DNA of 64,000 bases, taken from assembly GCA_038087875.1 (NCBI GenBank), contig CM075989.1, positions 8,682,001-8,746,000 of the forward strand. The letters are read 5' to 3'. Positions 1 to 13,183 of this stretch are shown here, one piece after another. Under the pieces are notes generated by a model, which was given only the letters and a program-made list of their open reading frames with translations, was not told where the DNA came from and did no database searches. The stretch comes from Malacoraja senta. Taxonomy: Eukaryota. Each line of letters starts with the position of its first letter. Position 1 is the stretch's first letter. The position numbers and the translations under genes are program-made.

Positions 1-268
1 GGTGCACGACCTTGCATCGCCTGGCGTGGCTTTAATGGCCGCGGGACAATCACCATCGCCCGCCGGGGGCTTTGACTTTGACTGACATCGGGGGGGGGGG
101 GGTGCAGTGGAGAGATACGTTTTTTTTGCCTTCCATCACAGCGCTGTGATGGATGTATGTGTAAATTGTGTTGTGTCTCGGGTCTTCTTCGTTTTGTATG
201 GCTGCAGAAACGATATTTCGTTTGGACCTCAACGGGGTCCAAATTACAAATATATTGTATTGTATTGT
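1..268 (+). mobile_element. 3' end of an unclassified retroposon with (TTGTA)n tail
   Basis: Terminal hairpin TTTGGACC..GGTCCAAA and tandem tail; shares TTGCCTTCCATCACAG with 42578-42970. Confidence 0.55.
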
Positions 269-294
269 CCTGATATACAAGTTTTAATACATGT

Positions 295-545
295 GAAGGA
301 ACTGCAGATGCTGGTTTAAAACAAAATGCTGGAGTAACTCAGCGGGATAGGCAGCATCTCTGGAGAGAAAGAATATGTGACGTTCCGGGTTGGTTCTTCA
401 GACTTTAAGAATACATGGTCTGTTCAGACCCAGGTCTGAATCATAGATGCTCTCAAAATGCTGGAGTTGCTGCCTGGCCCAGTGAGTTACTCCATTTTGT
501 GTCTATCTTTGGTGTGAACCAGCATCTACAGTTCTTTCCAACACA
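295..545. mobile_element. Inverted pair of Penelope-terminal repeats
   Basis: GAAGGAACTGCAGATGCTGG...TTCTTCAGACT followed by a reverse-oriented copy ending CCAGCATCTACAGTTCTTTC. Confidence 0.65.
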
Positions 546-1106
546 TTTTGTCTCAAATCTTAGGCTGGAATCTAACAAAACATTCCAAATTCTTGATAAT
601 GTTGAATACCTATAGTTGGTACAACTTGGCATTTTGAGTCTACTGACTGCTTTTTAGAATAATGAAAGGCAAAGTGACAATGGGAAAATGCTGGGAATTC
701 GTTGCCTATTAGTCAGTGTCGGTGCAAAGAGAGGCAGCACTAATCCTAAGTGTTCATGATTTTCTTCACTGGGCAGTGAGAAATCCGATATTTTCAGTTA
801 CAGTGGGAGAGGTGGTGAAAATGAAGTCAATATCTCCCATTAGGCTGGAGACCAAGAGACCTAATGGCACAAGCATTGGTGGTGTCTGCTGAGAGAGGAG
901 GCTGGCGTGTGGAACCACAGCTACCTGAAGGAGATGTCAATAAAGGCACTAGACTACCTCTGGAATATGGAGCAAAATAAACTGGTGGAGGAACTTGGTG
1001 GGTTAGGCCATATCTGTGGGAGCGATTAGCAGTTTCCCGTCAAACCTGTGTGTGTATATATATATATGTGTATGTATATATGTATATGTGTGTGTGTATA
1101 TATATA

Positions 1107-1401
1107 CGGTTCGAATCCCGCTTGGAGTGCATACTGTCGTTGTGTCCTTGGGCAAGACACTTCACCCACCTTTGCCTGCGTGTGAATGTGTGTGAGTGAT
1201 TGGTGATGGTCGGAGGGGCCGTAGGCGCAGATTAGCAGCCACGCTTCCGTCAGTCTGCCCCAGGGCAGCTGTGGCTACAGAAGTAGCTCACCACCACCGA
1301 GTGTGACTGAGGAGTGAATGAATAATGTGATGTAAAGCGCCTTGAGTATTAGAAAGGCGCTATATAAATCCCATCCATTATTATTATTATTATTATTATT
1401 A
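1107..1401 (+). mobile_element. 5'-truncated tRNA-derived SINE resembling teleost AFC/CORE-type SINEs, (TTA)n tail
   Basis: B-box GGTTCGAATCC, CORE-like GTGTCCTTGGGCAAGACACTTCACC, CAGGGCAGCTGTGGCTAC body, L2-type 3' stem TGTAAAGCGCCTTGAG...AAAGGCGCTATATAAAT; inserted in a (TG/TA)n tract. Confidence 0.75.
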
Positions 1402-2173
1402 TGTGTGTGTGTGTGTGTATATATATGTGTGTGTATATATATAAACCTGCATCGAGAGGGAGAGTTCTCATTGAAACCTGCGGAGAGTGAGTTCTTAAAC
1501 CGAGATAGATTCTCATTGAAACCTAGAGAGAGGTTCTCGTTGAAACCTGCACCGAGAGAGTAGTCATTGGGGTCGATGGTGGCGCTGCGAGTGGCTGCCC
1601 TGCCAGCAGCGTGTTTGTTATTTTGATAGAACCCAGGTCTCTGGTGCTGTAATGCAGCAACTCCACTGCTGCGCACTGTGCCACTCTAATTGGTGGAAAT
1701 AAAATAGTTTCAGCAATGTAATTTTGAGTTTATTTACACCACACTTCGCACAGCATTATTTTCCGTGCCTTGACCCTTGCGCCCCGCATGATAGTCAACT
1801 TTCTGCTTGAAAGATCGTTTCTCGCAATCCGAGCTGTAAAATATTTTGCCTTCATTTCACAAACTCATTTCAAAATATTTTCCACGACCAAGTGTTACTT
1901 TGTGGAGAATTTGGAACGGGGAGTTCTGGAAATGGTTGAAGAAATGCTTACTATTTGTTCATAGGTTGAGATCACTCTCTGGTTGATGAATGTAAGCAGT
2001 ACTTTCCCTGAAGTATCGTGAAAGTTTTGTTTCTACATTGTCATTCAGCCCAAATCTTAAGGACAATATCCACCCAGTGGCTTGCTTCAGCCCATTGTGC
2101 ATAGTATTTGGGAGTGGACCAGAAACCTGGTTGGATCAGAAGTCCTGCTGAGCATTTCAAGCACTCAAATTTT

Positions 2174-2849
2174 ACTAGGCCGAGGGGGGCCCTGTTGGGG
2201 CGGCCTGCGGCATCTCACACACACACAGACACACCACACCACCCCCCCCCCCTGCCATTGGTATATTAATATTATTCATTTACTCCTTTTACCCCATCCC
2301 CAGCCCTATCCACTCACGCATAGCCCCCAACTGTGCAGGCGCGGCTAGTGAGGGGGGTAGGGAGAGGGAGGGGGGTAGAGTTTGGGGGGTGGGGCGCGCG
2401 ACGTCACAGGTGAGGGCTGCTTCCCGAACGCAATACTCCACCACTCAACCATAGGTCCCAATACTCACCACTCCCTAGGGAGGGGGGGGGTAGAGAGGGA
2501 GGAGCGAGGCGGCGGGTGGGCGGTGAGCCGGGCGAGGCCGTGGGCGGCTGTGAATAACCTGGTGGGGGTGACATCCCTCGAAGCGCATGGATGATTCTGT
2601 GTGTGAGGCAGCGTCGAGCAGACCCATTATGACGTCATCAGCGAGAGCTGCTCGTTTAAATTCAAAGTCTTTTGATATTTTTTTAACATTTTCAGTAATG
2701 TCGAGAAATAAAGCATAAAATTTTCAGATAAGGTGGTTTTGGACTCGGCGGGAAAAATGCCAACCGGAATATGTAAATATTTTATCGTTACCGTGTACTT
2801 TTTTCACGAAGATGTAAATACATACATACAAGATCAGAGTTTTAATAGT
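2174..2849 (-). mobile_element. Unclassified GC-rich interspersed repeat, possibly a non-autonomous Helitron
   Basis: Minus strand ends with a short GC hairpin then CTAG|T; (TATG)n near the other end; no coding capacity seen. Confidence 0.35.
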
Positions 2850-3145
2850 GTCCATTGTCTTCTCCTTCAAAGTCCCGTTGGGATATCCTGCTGCTACGTA
2901 CCCTTGAGTAACTAACCCATAAACAGCCCTCAATCCCCTCCCCTGATACCTGTCTGACCTTGCATCAGTTTTCCACCATCCCCTCCATCTGGATTTTTTT
3001 CCTGGCCTCACAATTTGCAACTTTTCTATCTACGAGCTTCACAATTCGCAACTCTTTATACTTGGGCTTGCACCTGTCTTCATCTCTGGCCTTTCTCCAA
3101 TGATCTACCTATCAGAAAACTCTTGCCTGTGTTCATCTATAAACC

Positions 3146-3291
3146 GGGGTGGGAGATTGCAACCTTCACGTGGTCCGCCCTGTTTCGATGAATGCAATCA
3201 ACCCGGCGTGCACAATCAAATAAGATCAAATAGAACGAGTTGTCCTACAACTTTAGGCTGTGCACGCCATACGCAAGAAGAAGAGGAAGAC
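3146..3291 (+). mobile_element. Short non-LTR retroposon 3' fragment with (GAA)n tail (RTE-like, tentative)
   Basis: Ends ...CCATACGCAAGAAGAAGAGGAAGA; TSD CTATAAACC at 3137-3145 / 3292-3300; a second copy lies at 34914-34998 + 40942-40985. Confidence 0.7.
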
Positions 3292-6200
3292 CTATAAACC
3301 AGCCATGATCTGTCATGCCTCCCCTTCCAGCTTTCTTTCCCGCACCTCTCTCCTCCCCCCTCCCCCAATGCGATGGGTCTGAAGAACGGACTAGAAACAT
3401 CACCTATCCATGTTCCCCAAGGATGCTGCCTGACCCGCTGAGTTACTCCAGCAATTATGGTGTCTTGACTTTGTCAACCTTTATTTTGGACTAGACAGTA
3501 AGGGAGGCAGATGGGTTAACAGGGCCAGGCATCTATTTTGACTACTGTGTCCAGTGTGCACGGATGCTAGGATTTCCAGCACCATCGACTTGCTTGTAGT
3601 TGAACCACCTTCAGTCACTTGATTGTGTGTGAGATAGTAGTGCTCCTTGGCTTGGGCGTTGGATGGAGGCTTCCTGTATACTGCAGGAGAGGAAGGCAGA
3701 AGCTTGAATTGTGAATATTTGTGTTAGGGTTGGAAGGGCTTGTATCCCTGCTTGGTCAAGAAGAGTTTTGGCCAATTTGAAATCACTATAACAATTTGTG
3801 GGCTGCATTTGCAGAAATGGGTGGGACTTCCTCCAAAAACTTTGATGGATGTAAATATGATTTGGTAATGCCACATGGAAACCTTTTTCCTTCAATGGGT
3901 CTGAAGAACGGACTAGAAACATCACCTATCCATGTTTCCATAATCACAGATGACCCCAACAGCGGGAGCATTTTGTGAAAATTAGAATTTAAAATGATTT
4001 TGCTTGAGTATTTTGAGTTTGAAAGTGTTTTTGGCCTGGTGTACTGTAAATTTTACTTTCCACACTTGTGAACTGCATCAGGTGCAAAGTTCTTTCAGGT
4101 AATCTGCGATTGAATGTAAGTCCTTTTCAATGGTTTAAGTACAAATGTCCCTCCTGCAACACCACGCTCTCTCTGCAATGCCATCTCTCTAAGGGTAGTC
4201 TTATAGTGTGGAAACAACTTGCCCACACCGACCAACATGTCCCATCTATACTAGTCCCACCTGCCTGCATTTGGCCCATATCCCTCGAAGCCTATCCTAT
4301 CCATGAACCTGTTTAAATGTTTCTTAAACGTTGCGATAGTTCCTGCCTCAACTACCTCCACCGGCAGCTCGTTCCATACACCCACCACCCTTTTGTGTGA
4401 GGTTCACCTTTAGGAGGTTCAAATCCAGCTGTTGCTGATGTAACGTTTTCTGTTGACTGCAAGGATCTGGAACGAAGCTTCTGAATTGTCATGTTGCTTG
4501 ATCAACAGGACCCACCGTGGGGTTTGTGTTGTCTGTTTATTGGCCTTCTGGCCAGTTTGGTATGTTAGGGAAGTGTAACACCATGGGAGCGTTTTGTAGG
4601 CCTCTTAACTTTTGTCTCCTCGTCTGAATATTTTGTTCCAGTGGAGCCCCAGAGGTTTGCCGGGTTTTAAGTAAATGTTCCTGTTCGTTTGTTGATCTCG
4701 CATTGCTGATGTTAATAAACCGTGGTACTCTTGTTAAAATGTCAATACTGGTTACCCAATAGTTACAGAGCTCTCAACTAAAGAAACGTGACAGGATTAA
4801 TGAATAATTTCAGAAAAGCAAAAGTTTTAAGTGCATTTCTAACCTATTGAAACTATTCAAAGGTATATGTTGGATTGGAAAGGCTTGGAGGGATCTGGAT
4901 CTCAGCCAAGTGGGACATGCTTAGATGGGGTATCTTGGTTGGCATGGACAATTTTGGTTGATAGACCTGTTTCCATGCTCTGACTCCATGACACACCTTT
5001 AGAATAAGTCAAATAAATTTAGTGCTAAGCCTCTATAAAGGTCGGATGTCTAATAGTTTAGATACAGGTGGTCTGCAAAGCATAAGCGCAACAGAGAGTC
5101 TTTGGAAAGATATTCCCAGAAGTCATAACTGCTCAATGGTGGATGAGTGAAAGAAAACATAGCGGAATTACAAGAACACTTAAGTTATTGAAGGGTGACA
5201 CCGGGAACTCCAGATGCTGGAATCGTCAGCAAAACGCAGTGTTTGAGACTGAAAGGGGGTCCTGACCCGAAATGTCACCCGTCCATTTCCTCCACAGATG
5301 CTGCCTGGCCCGCTGAGTTCCTCCTGCTCTTTGTGTTTCACTTAAATTATTGAAGGTTGTTAGGGTTCGAGATGAGAGACAAACATTTGAATACATGGGC
5401 AATGACTTTGAGGTATTTTTCAGAGCCATTGGAATTCCGACTCCTAGCTGACCTTTGCTTGTTGATTTGGATGCTGGCGGTAATGTCTTTTGGGAAGAGT
5501 TAAAATTGTGTATAGAAATTACACCAGTTTTATTAGAAGAGGATGTATGTATTTGGTGCAGTTGATCACTGCATGGCACAGAGCCACATCAAGTTTGAGA
5601 TCCAAGTCCCACATCTCCTGGTGGTCAGATCTGTATTTGACATGGTTGGGAATGGGAGACCCGCCATGGCCAGTCACTTCACTACATATGTTGGATAAGG
5701 TTCAGCTTGGTTGAATATCCTGCCAATTCTTATACTCTTGGAGATATGGCTCACAAATATCCAAGCCCAGTAGAATTCCTAATGAGGATTTTGATCTTTT
5801 TAATTTTTACCTCGCATTGCTAGAGCAGATTAGGAGTTGTAAGGTGCGAATATGGGCTATTCGGCCCACTATGACCATGCTTATCATCCAAGTATCCGTC
5901 AATACTAATCCCATTTACTGGCACTTTGTCCGTAATAAGTGTTACCTATGTACCTGCCTCTTCTCATCCCCACACTTCATAAACTCTAGGAGCAGAATTA
6001 GGCCATTCTGCCCATCATGTCTACTCCGCTGTTCAATCATAGCTGATCTATCTTTCCCTCTCATCCCCATTCTCCTGCCTTCTCCCCATAACCTTTGACA
6101 CCCTTACTAATCAAGTACCCATCAATCTCTGCGTAAAAACATCTATTGACGGCCTCCACAGCCGTCTGTGGCTCCACTGATCTTATCCTGCCATGGCTGT

Positions 6201-8619
6201 ATACAAGCTGGTTGCCGTGCCTACTTCAAAGGTGTTATGTGTTACTCATGGTGTGTCCTGAAAGCAAAGGGAAGGGCACCATAAAACACAGCCCTGGCTT
6301 CCAAAACTTCGATAGAAAAGGATGTGGGTTGTATTGACATTTAAAAAAGAACAAAGTACAATTGTTGCTTTAAAAATTATGGCCTCGTTTTTGAAGACAT
6401 TGCCAGTTTGGCCAGAAATCCCACCTCGATGAGCAAGACTTTCTCCTGGGTACACAAAAGTGCTGGAGAAACTCGGCGGGTGCAGCAGCATCTATGGAGC
6501 GAAGGAAACATGCAACGTTTCGGGCCGATACACTTCACAACAGTGGAGTAGACAAAATTAAAAAAGATCAAAATCCTCATTAGGAATTCTACTGGGCTTG
6601 GATATTTGTGAGCCATATCTCCAAGAGTATAAGAATTGGCAGGATATTCAACCAAGACTTTCTCCTGCATGCCCTGGCATTGAAGTTTAGCTTCCTCCTG
6701 GTCTGACCTGACGCTGAACTTGTCTAGGGGGCTGGGTGATGAACTTCCAACGTTTCTAGGAAGGAACTGCAGGTGCTGGTTTACGCCAAAGATAGATACA
6801 AAATGCTGGAGTAATGCAGCAGGTCAGGAGCAAAGGAACAGGCAACGTTTTGGATCAAGACCCAGCTAGAGGTGTGAAGAGGTCCAGAACAAATCGGAGC
6901 CGACACCAATGATCCATTGTTAGCTGTGGAAGAGGTGATAACGAAGGGATATGAACAGTGAAACTAGCATGATGACAAGGGGGGGGTGGGGTGGAGGGGG
7001 TGGAGAGAGAGGTTACTTGAAATTAGAGAAATCAATATTCATACTGAAGATAGACACAATCTGGAGTAACTCAGCGGGACAGGCAGCATCTCTGGAGAGA
7101 AGGAATGGGTAACGTTTCGGGTCAAGAACCTTCTTCACATTCATACCGTTGAAGTCTCTGGCTTGAAATCTAGTTAATGCCTTCAGGGTGAAAATAAGTA
7201 TTGTGGGTTTTCTCATTTTAAAATACAAAGGAGTAGAGAGAATGGAAACCCTGATTAGGGTCATTAGCTCTTTTATAGACTGTTTAAAGTGGAGTAAGGA
7301 TTTTTATGTACAAAACCTGTTTGCAACAAGAAGTGACCAAATAAAATGCGATTGTTTATGGTTGTGTGCCTGTAGTTTATTCCATGAACAGTCAACACGT
7401 CACAGAGACAGTACAACACAAAACTCAGCTACGAAACACAAAAAAGATAATTGGTCCCAGCCTTGTGCTTTTCCTAATTCTTGCCGGGCTGTTCTTGTGT
7501 GCATTCTATCCCTTCTCTACCCTCTCCCTCCCCTGCCAAAGAGATCTCCCCTCTCTTTACACCACTTCTTTTAGCTTCCACTCCAGTTTTGGCACCAAAC
7601 TGTATGGATTGGTTGCAAGAACCCATGCAAACATGGGCACTTGACCCCAGCATATCTTGTGATGCTCTTCATTTTTTTAACGTCAATAACCAATATTTTC
7701 GATGCTGCTTTTTGCCTTCTCTCCCACGCAACATTACTAAGTTTCCCATTCTCCACGCAGCTTTGCTTATTGCAAAGTCCTCCTCTCTCCCTCTGGACTC
7801 TCTTTGACCAGTCCTTGTGCTCTTGCCAATTCTCTCAATGGCCACACTGTTCTGTGCTTTCGGCTACTTCTCTTCCCCACTCCCGCTTCCCCTGTATTGC
7901 GATCTCTCCACACCAGTTTCTCTTTTCCCCATATACAGGTCTAGACTGGTGTCCCAGTGCAGCTAGGTTGGATATTGGAGTAACACGGCATGGAAACTGT
8001 CCCGTTGTTCCGTCCATTCCATGCCAACCATCCAGAACCCATGTATACAATCCCATTTTACTTCGGCACTTGTTCCACTGTCTTCGATGACTTAAATTCC
8101 AGTGCTTATCTGATGCTTTAATTATTGAGATGACCTCCCTTCACCACCCCTTGGACAGTGCATATCACATCAAACAAATATTGAGCAAATCATCAGTGTC
8201 CCTTCAACTGCAACTTGTTATTGATCTGTGGACTGAGTGAATGGATTATTTATTGATGAACTGGATTTTGGAGAGCTTAACATCTGTAGGTTTAGATGCC
8301 ATTGTTGTGGCTACTTTTGATGCGAAAAATAACACTGAAGTTTAGAAATTACCTAGGTTTGCAGTTGTTGGTATTCAAAGGGTTTCTGTGGGTGTAAATC
8401 TGAGCTTAATCTGTACTAGAGCTTAAATAATAAATACCTTCTGTATCAAAACCTGGAAATCTGGAGAAAGAAATGCTGTAAGTACAGGTTTCTTCAATCT
8501 CAGTTCCAGTTCGCCAGATGCTGCCTGACATGCGGTGTATTTCCAGCACTTGTTTTTGGGTTCAGTCTGGTTAAGAGTGATCCTCTGGTCATGTAAAAGT
8601 GTGGTTGCTGCTCTCTTGA

Positions 8620-9075
<456 letters not shown>

Positions 9076-9734
9076 TAACCCCCGGTTGTTTCATCCTTGA
9101 AGCTCTCTTCACACGCAGACTTTAATTCTTCAGAAGTGATTCTTTAGCTTTAAATTTTCACTTGCCGAAATAATGATGGTGACCAATGTTGGTCTGTGCC
9201 CATTAAAGAACTGCATTGTCTTATTGGTGCAGGAGACAGATGGCCTGAAGTTCTTACTGGCTCTTTACAGATGAATCAGCCACTGTGCATCTCAACTATT
9301 GTTTTCCATTAGGTAGAAACTGTCCACTTCCTACAGTGTAACCTGGTTTCATTTTTCACTTATCTCAAAGCTCCCAAGTTCCCCGAACACATGGATAGAC
9401 ACAAAACCCTGCAGTAACTTCACGGGCGGGACACACAGCATCCCTGGATAGAAGGAATAGGTGGCGTTTTGGGTCGAGTCCCTCCTTCGAATGCATTGTA
9501 TTTCTTTAAATACCGCAGGTGTCATCATTGTCTTCTTGTCTATCTCCACCTCCATTTAGTCTCTGTAATACTGAATTGGACTTTGTTTTGACTGAATGGT
9601 CTGATCTGTCTCTCAAGCATGGAGCGATGCAATAGAGAGATCGCTTTGAATTCTTGAACATACATTGTCCCTCAAGTGAGATCCATGGGCTGCATTCCCC
9701 TTACTCCAGGCACTCAACTTTGCTTCATTAAATT

Positions 9735-10102
9735 AGACAATCGACAATAGGTGCAGGAGTAGGCCATTCGGCCCTTCGAGCCAGCACCGTGATCATTCAT
9801 TGTGATCATAAATGATCATCTACAATCAGTACCCCGTTCCTGCCTTCTCCCCATATCCCCTGACTCCGCTATCTTTAAGAGCCCTATCTAGCTCTTTCTT
9901 GAAAGTATCCAGAGAACCGGCCTCCAGTGCCCTCTGAGGCAGAGAATTCCACAGACTCACAACTCTCTGTGAGAAAGTTTTTCCTCATCTCCGTTCTAAA
10001 TGGCTTACCCCTTATTCTTAAACGGTGGCCCCTGGTTCTGGACTCCCCCAACATCGGGAACATGTTTCTTGCCTCTAGCGTGTCCAAACCCTTAATAATC
10101 TT
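9735..10102 (-). mobile_element. CR1/HER1-type LINE 3' fragment
   Basis: Minus-strand MFPMLGESRTRGHRLRIRGKPFRTEMRKNF (CR1 ORF2 C-terminus); highly similar to 11897-12240 and 53727-54131. Confidence 0.85.
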
Positions 10103-10149
10103 AAATTTTGGTTTGAATTAATGGTTCGCTGTTCCTGTTCTGTGCCTAG

Positions 10150-10317
<168 letters not shown>

Positions 10318-11451
10318 TAGGTGGACATGTGTGGACACTCCTTCACAATAACTCTCACCTGGTGAAGACTGAGGTTCTGCTTCCAGTCTCTTCATCCTTA
10401 CTGGTTGCTTCTCTTAGGAGAACGTGGTGTTGTGTAAAGTTCCACCTTTTTAATGGTTTATTTAAAATTATTGGGCAAGTTTTTAATCAAATGGACAAGT
10501 TTTTGCCAACCCTAAGAGGGAAAGGAGGAAACTTAAACACCTTTGATTGGAGTCTTAAAGAATGCTTGCTTTGGAAAGTTAAAAGAACATTTCCCAGAGG
10601 TATTCGATGTTTAAAAAATGTCCTTTTCATGAAAATCAAATAAACCTGCTAAAATGTCATTATCAATTTTCTTTATTTATATACAGACATTTTTGCATTT
10701 ATCTTTTTGTCTTATGTCACTGTATTGTTGATCTATTATGCCAAAATTGAGAGGCAGATGTGCGATCTTTGTGTAGTCCAGAGGTTCCACTCTTGTTGAC
10801 AGGCTAACTTGTGCCATGGTAGTGCTTGGGATCTCATGGCACTGGAGAAACCTCCACGACAAAGTTAACAGATTGATCCTATAATAAATCTCCTAATGCT
10901 TCCAACTATATTTCCATTTCAAAAAACTGCAGATACTGGAATCTTAGAGTGGAAATAGGTCCTTCGGCCTAACTTGTTCACACCGGCCAACATGTCCCAT
11001 TTACACTAGTCCCACTAGCCTGCATTTGGCCCATAACTCTTTACCCCTGTCCTATCCATGTACCTGTCTAACTGTTTCTTAAATGTTGCAATAGTACCAG
11101 CCTCAACTACCTCCTCTGGCAGCTCGTTCCATACACCCACCACCCTTTGTGTGAAAAGGGGAAAAAACTGCTGGAGGTACTTTGTTGGGTTAGGCAACAT
11201 CTATGAAGAGAGAGGGACAAGACTGAAGAAAGGTCCTGACCCAAAATGTCATCTGGCCATTTCCTTCCACAGATGCTGCTTGATCTGCTGAGTTCCTCCA
11301 GCAGTTTTTTTTTTTAATCGATTTCCCTTGCATAGATTGAGATAATGGAACATAAAAATAAGGAGGTTTATGAGGTGCATCAAAAAAATGTTGACAGCTG
11401 CTTCCAATGCTGATTGTGGAGTGAGTTTTGGAACATTTGTATTGCCTCTGA

Positions 11452-11757
<306 letters not shown>

Positions 11758-11896
11758 TAAATTTCCCTCAGGTTTATTCCTGACCGTGTAGACTTGCTCT
11801 TTGATTTGCCTTTGGCAACGTTTTAGTGGGACGGATACCTGCTCAGTGCACCTGAAACCTTCTCTGACCAACGGCAGTTGCACCTCCAGAGAAAGA

Positions 11897-12462
11897 CAGA
11901 CTACAGGTGCAGGAGTAAGGCATTCGGGCCTTCAAGCCAGCACCGCCATTGAACGTGATCATGGCTGATCATCCACAATCAGTACCCCGTTCCTGCCTTC
12001 TCCCCATATCCCCTGACTCCGCTATCTTTAAGAGCCTTATCTAGCTCTCTCTTAAAAGTATCCAGAGAACCAGCCTCCACCGCCCTCATGAGGCAGAGAA
12101 TTCCACAGACTCACAACTCTGTGTGAAAAAGTGTTTCCTCATCTCCGTTCTAAATTCTTAAACTGTGGCCCCAGGTTCTGGACTCCCCCAACATCGGGAA
12201 CATGTTTCCTGCCTCTAGCGTCTCCAAACCCTTAATAATCTTATATTTCAATAAGATCCCCTCTCATCCTTCTTAATTCCAAAGTATACAAGCCCAGCTG
12301 CTCCATTCTCTTAGCATTTGACAGTCCTGCCATCCCGGGAATTAACCTTGTGAACCTACGCTGCACTCCCTCAATAGCAAGGATGTCCTTCCTCAAATTA
12401 GGGGACCAAAACGGCACACAATACTCCAGGTGTGGTCTCACTAGGGCCATATACAACTGCAG
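11897..12462 (-). mobile_element. CR1/HER1-type LINE 3' fragment
   Basis: LYMALVRPHLEYCVPFWSPNLRKDILAIEGVQRRFTRLIPGM is a typical CR1 ORF2 C-terminal region. Confidence 0.9.
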
Positions 12463-12910
12463 AAAGGTGGAAAGAAACCTTTGGGCGGGCATCATGTTCG
12501 GCACAGACACTGTGGACAGATGGGCCTGTTCCTGTGTTGCTCTGTTCTATGTTGAAATTCTTTTTCGGGAAATACTGGACAATCGTGCTTTGGTGTTAAA
12601 GCAGCACAAACGGTCAGAGTAACCGTCCACGTAACTCAACGGCCTTCATGCTATATTATGAGGCCAGTCAGTACTTGTGTGGGACAGTTTACTGCAGCCT
12701 GTTTGTCTGCACCTTGTCCTTCCCATTCGTTGATGCAACAGAGCATGTTAGCTTTGTAGCTACGTAGAACTGACTTTTATATGTATTCACCCCTAGGCCA
12801 GTTGGTTAAGTTAGTATTTAGGATGCTTGCCTGCCCCTTCTATAATGTGTTCACCGCATATACAAGTTTGCATCTGTAATGTTCAATTTTGTAAAGCAAG
12901 AATATTGCTG

Positions 12911-13183
12911 TTTAGAGATACAGCGTGGAAACGGGGCCGATGGCTCACCGGGTCCATGCCGACCAACGATCCCGGCACAGTAACACTATCCTACACACAC
13001 TAGGGACAATTTTTACATTTACCAAGCCAATTTACCTACATACCTGTACGTCTTTGGGGTATGGGAGGAAACCGAATATCTCTGAGAAAACTCAAGCAGT
13101 CACGGAGAGAATGTACACACTCCATACAGCCAGCACCCGTAGTCGGGATCGAACCCGGGTCTCTGGTGCTGCCAGCGCTGTAG
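12911..13183 (-). mobile_element. HE1-like tRNA-derived SINE
   Basis: B-box GGTTCGATCC on the minus strand, V-SINE-type core, CR1-shared 3' tail. Confidence 0.8.

Noticed and set aside
1443..1560. Degenerate ~22-30 bp tandem repeat (GAGTTCTCATTGAAACCT)
   Set aside because: Short, imperfect slippage next to old repeat fragments; no further structure supportable.
2340..2660. GC-rich segment with TGACGTCA motifs as ANP32A promoter/exon 1
   Set aside because: No ANP32A exon-1 peptide (M..RIHLELRNR..) followed by a donor was found; it looks like an interspersed repeat, so exon 1 is probably upstream of the window.
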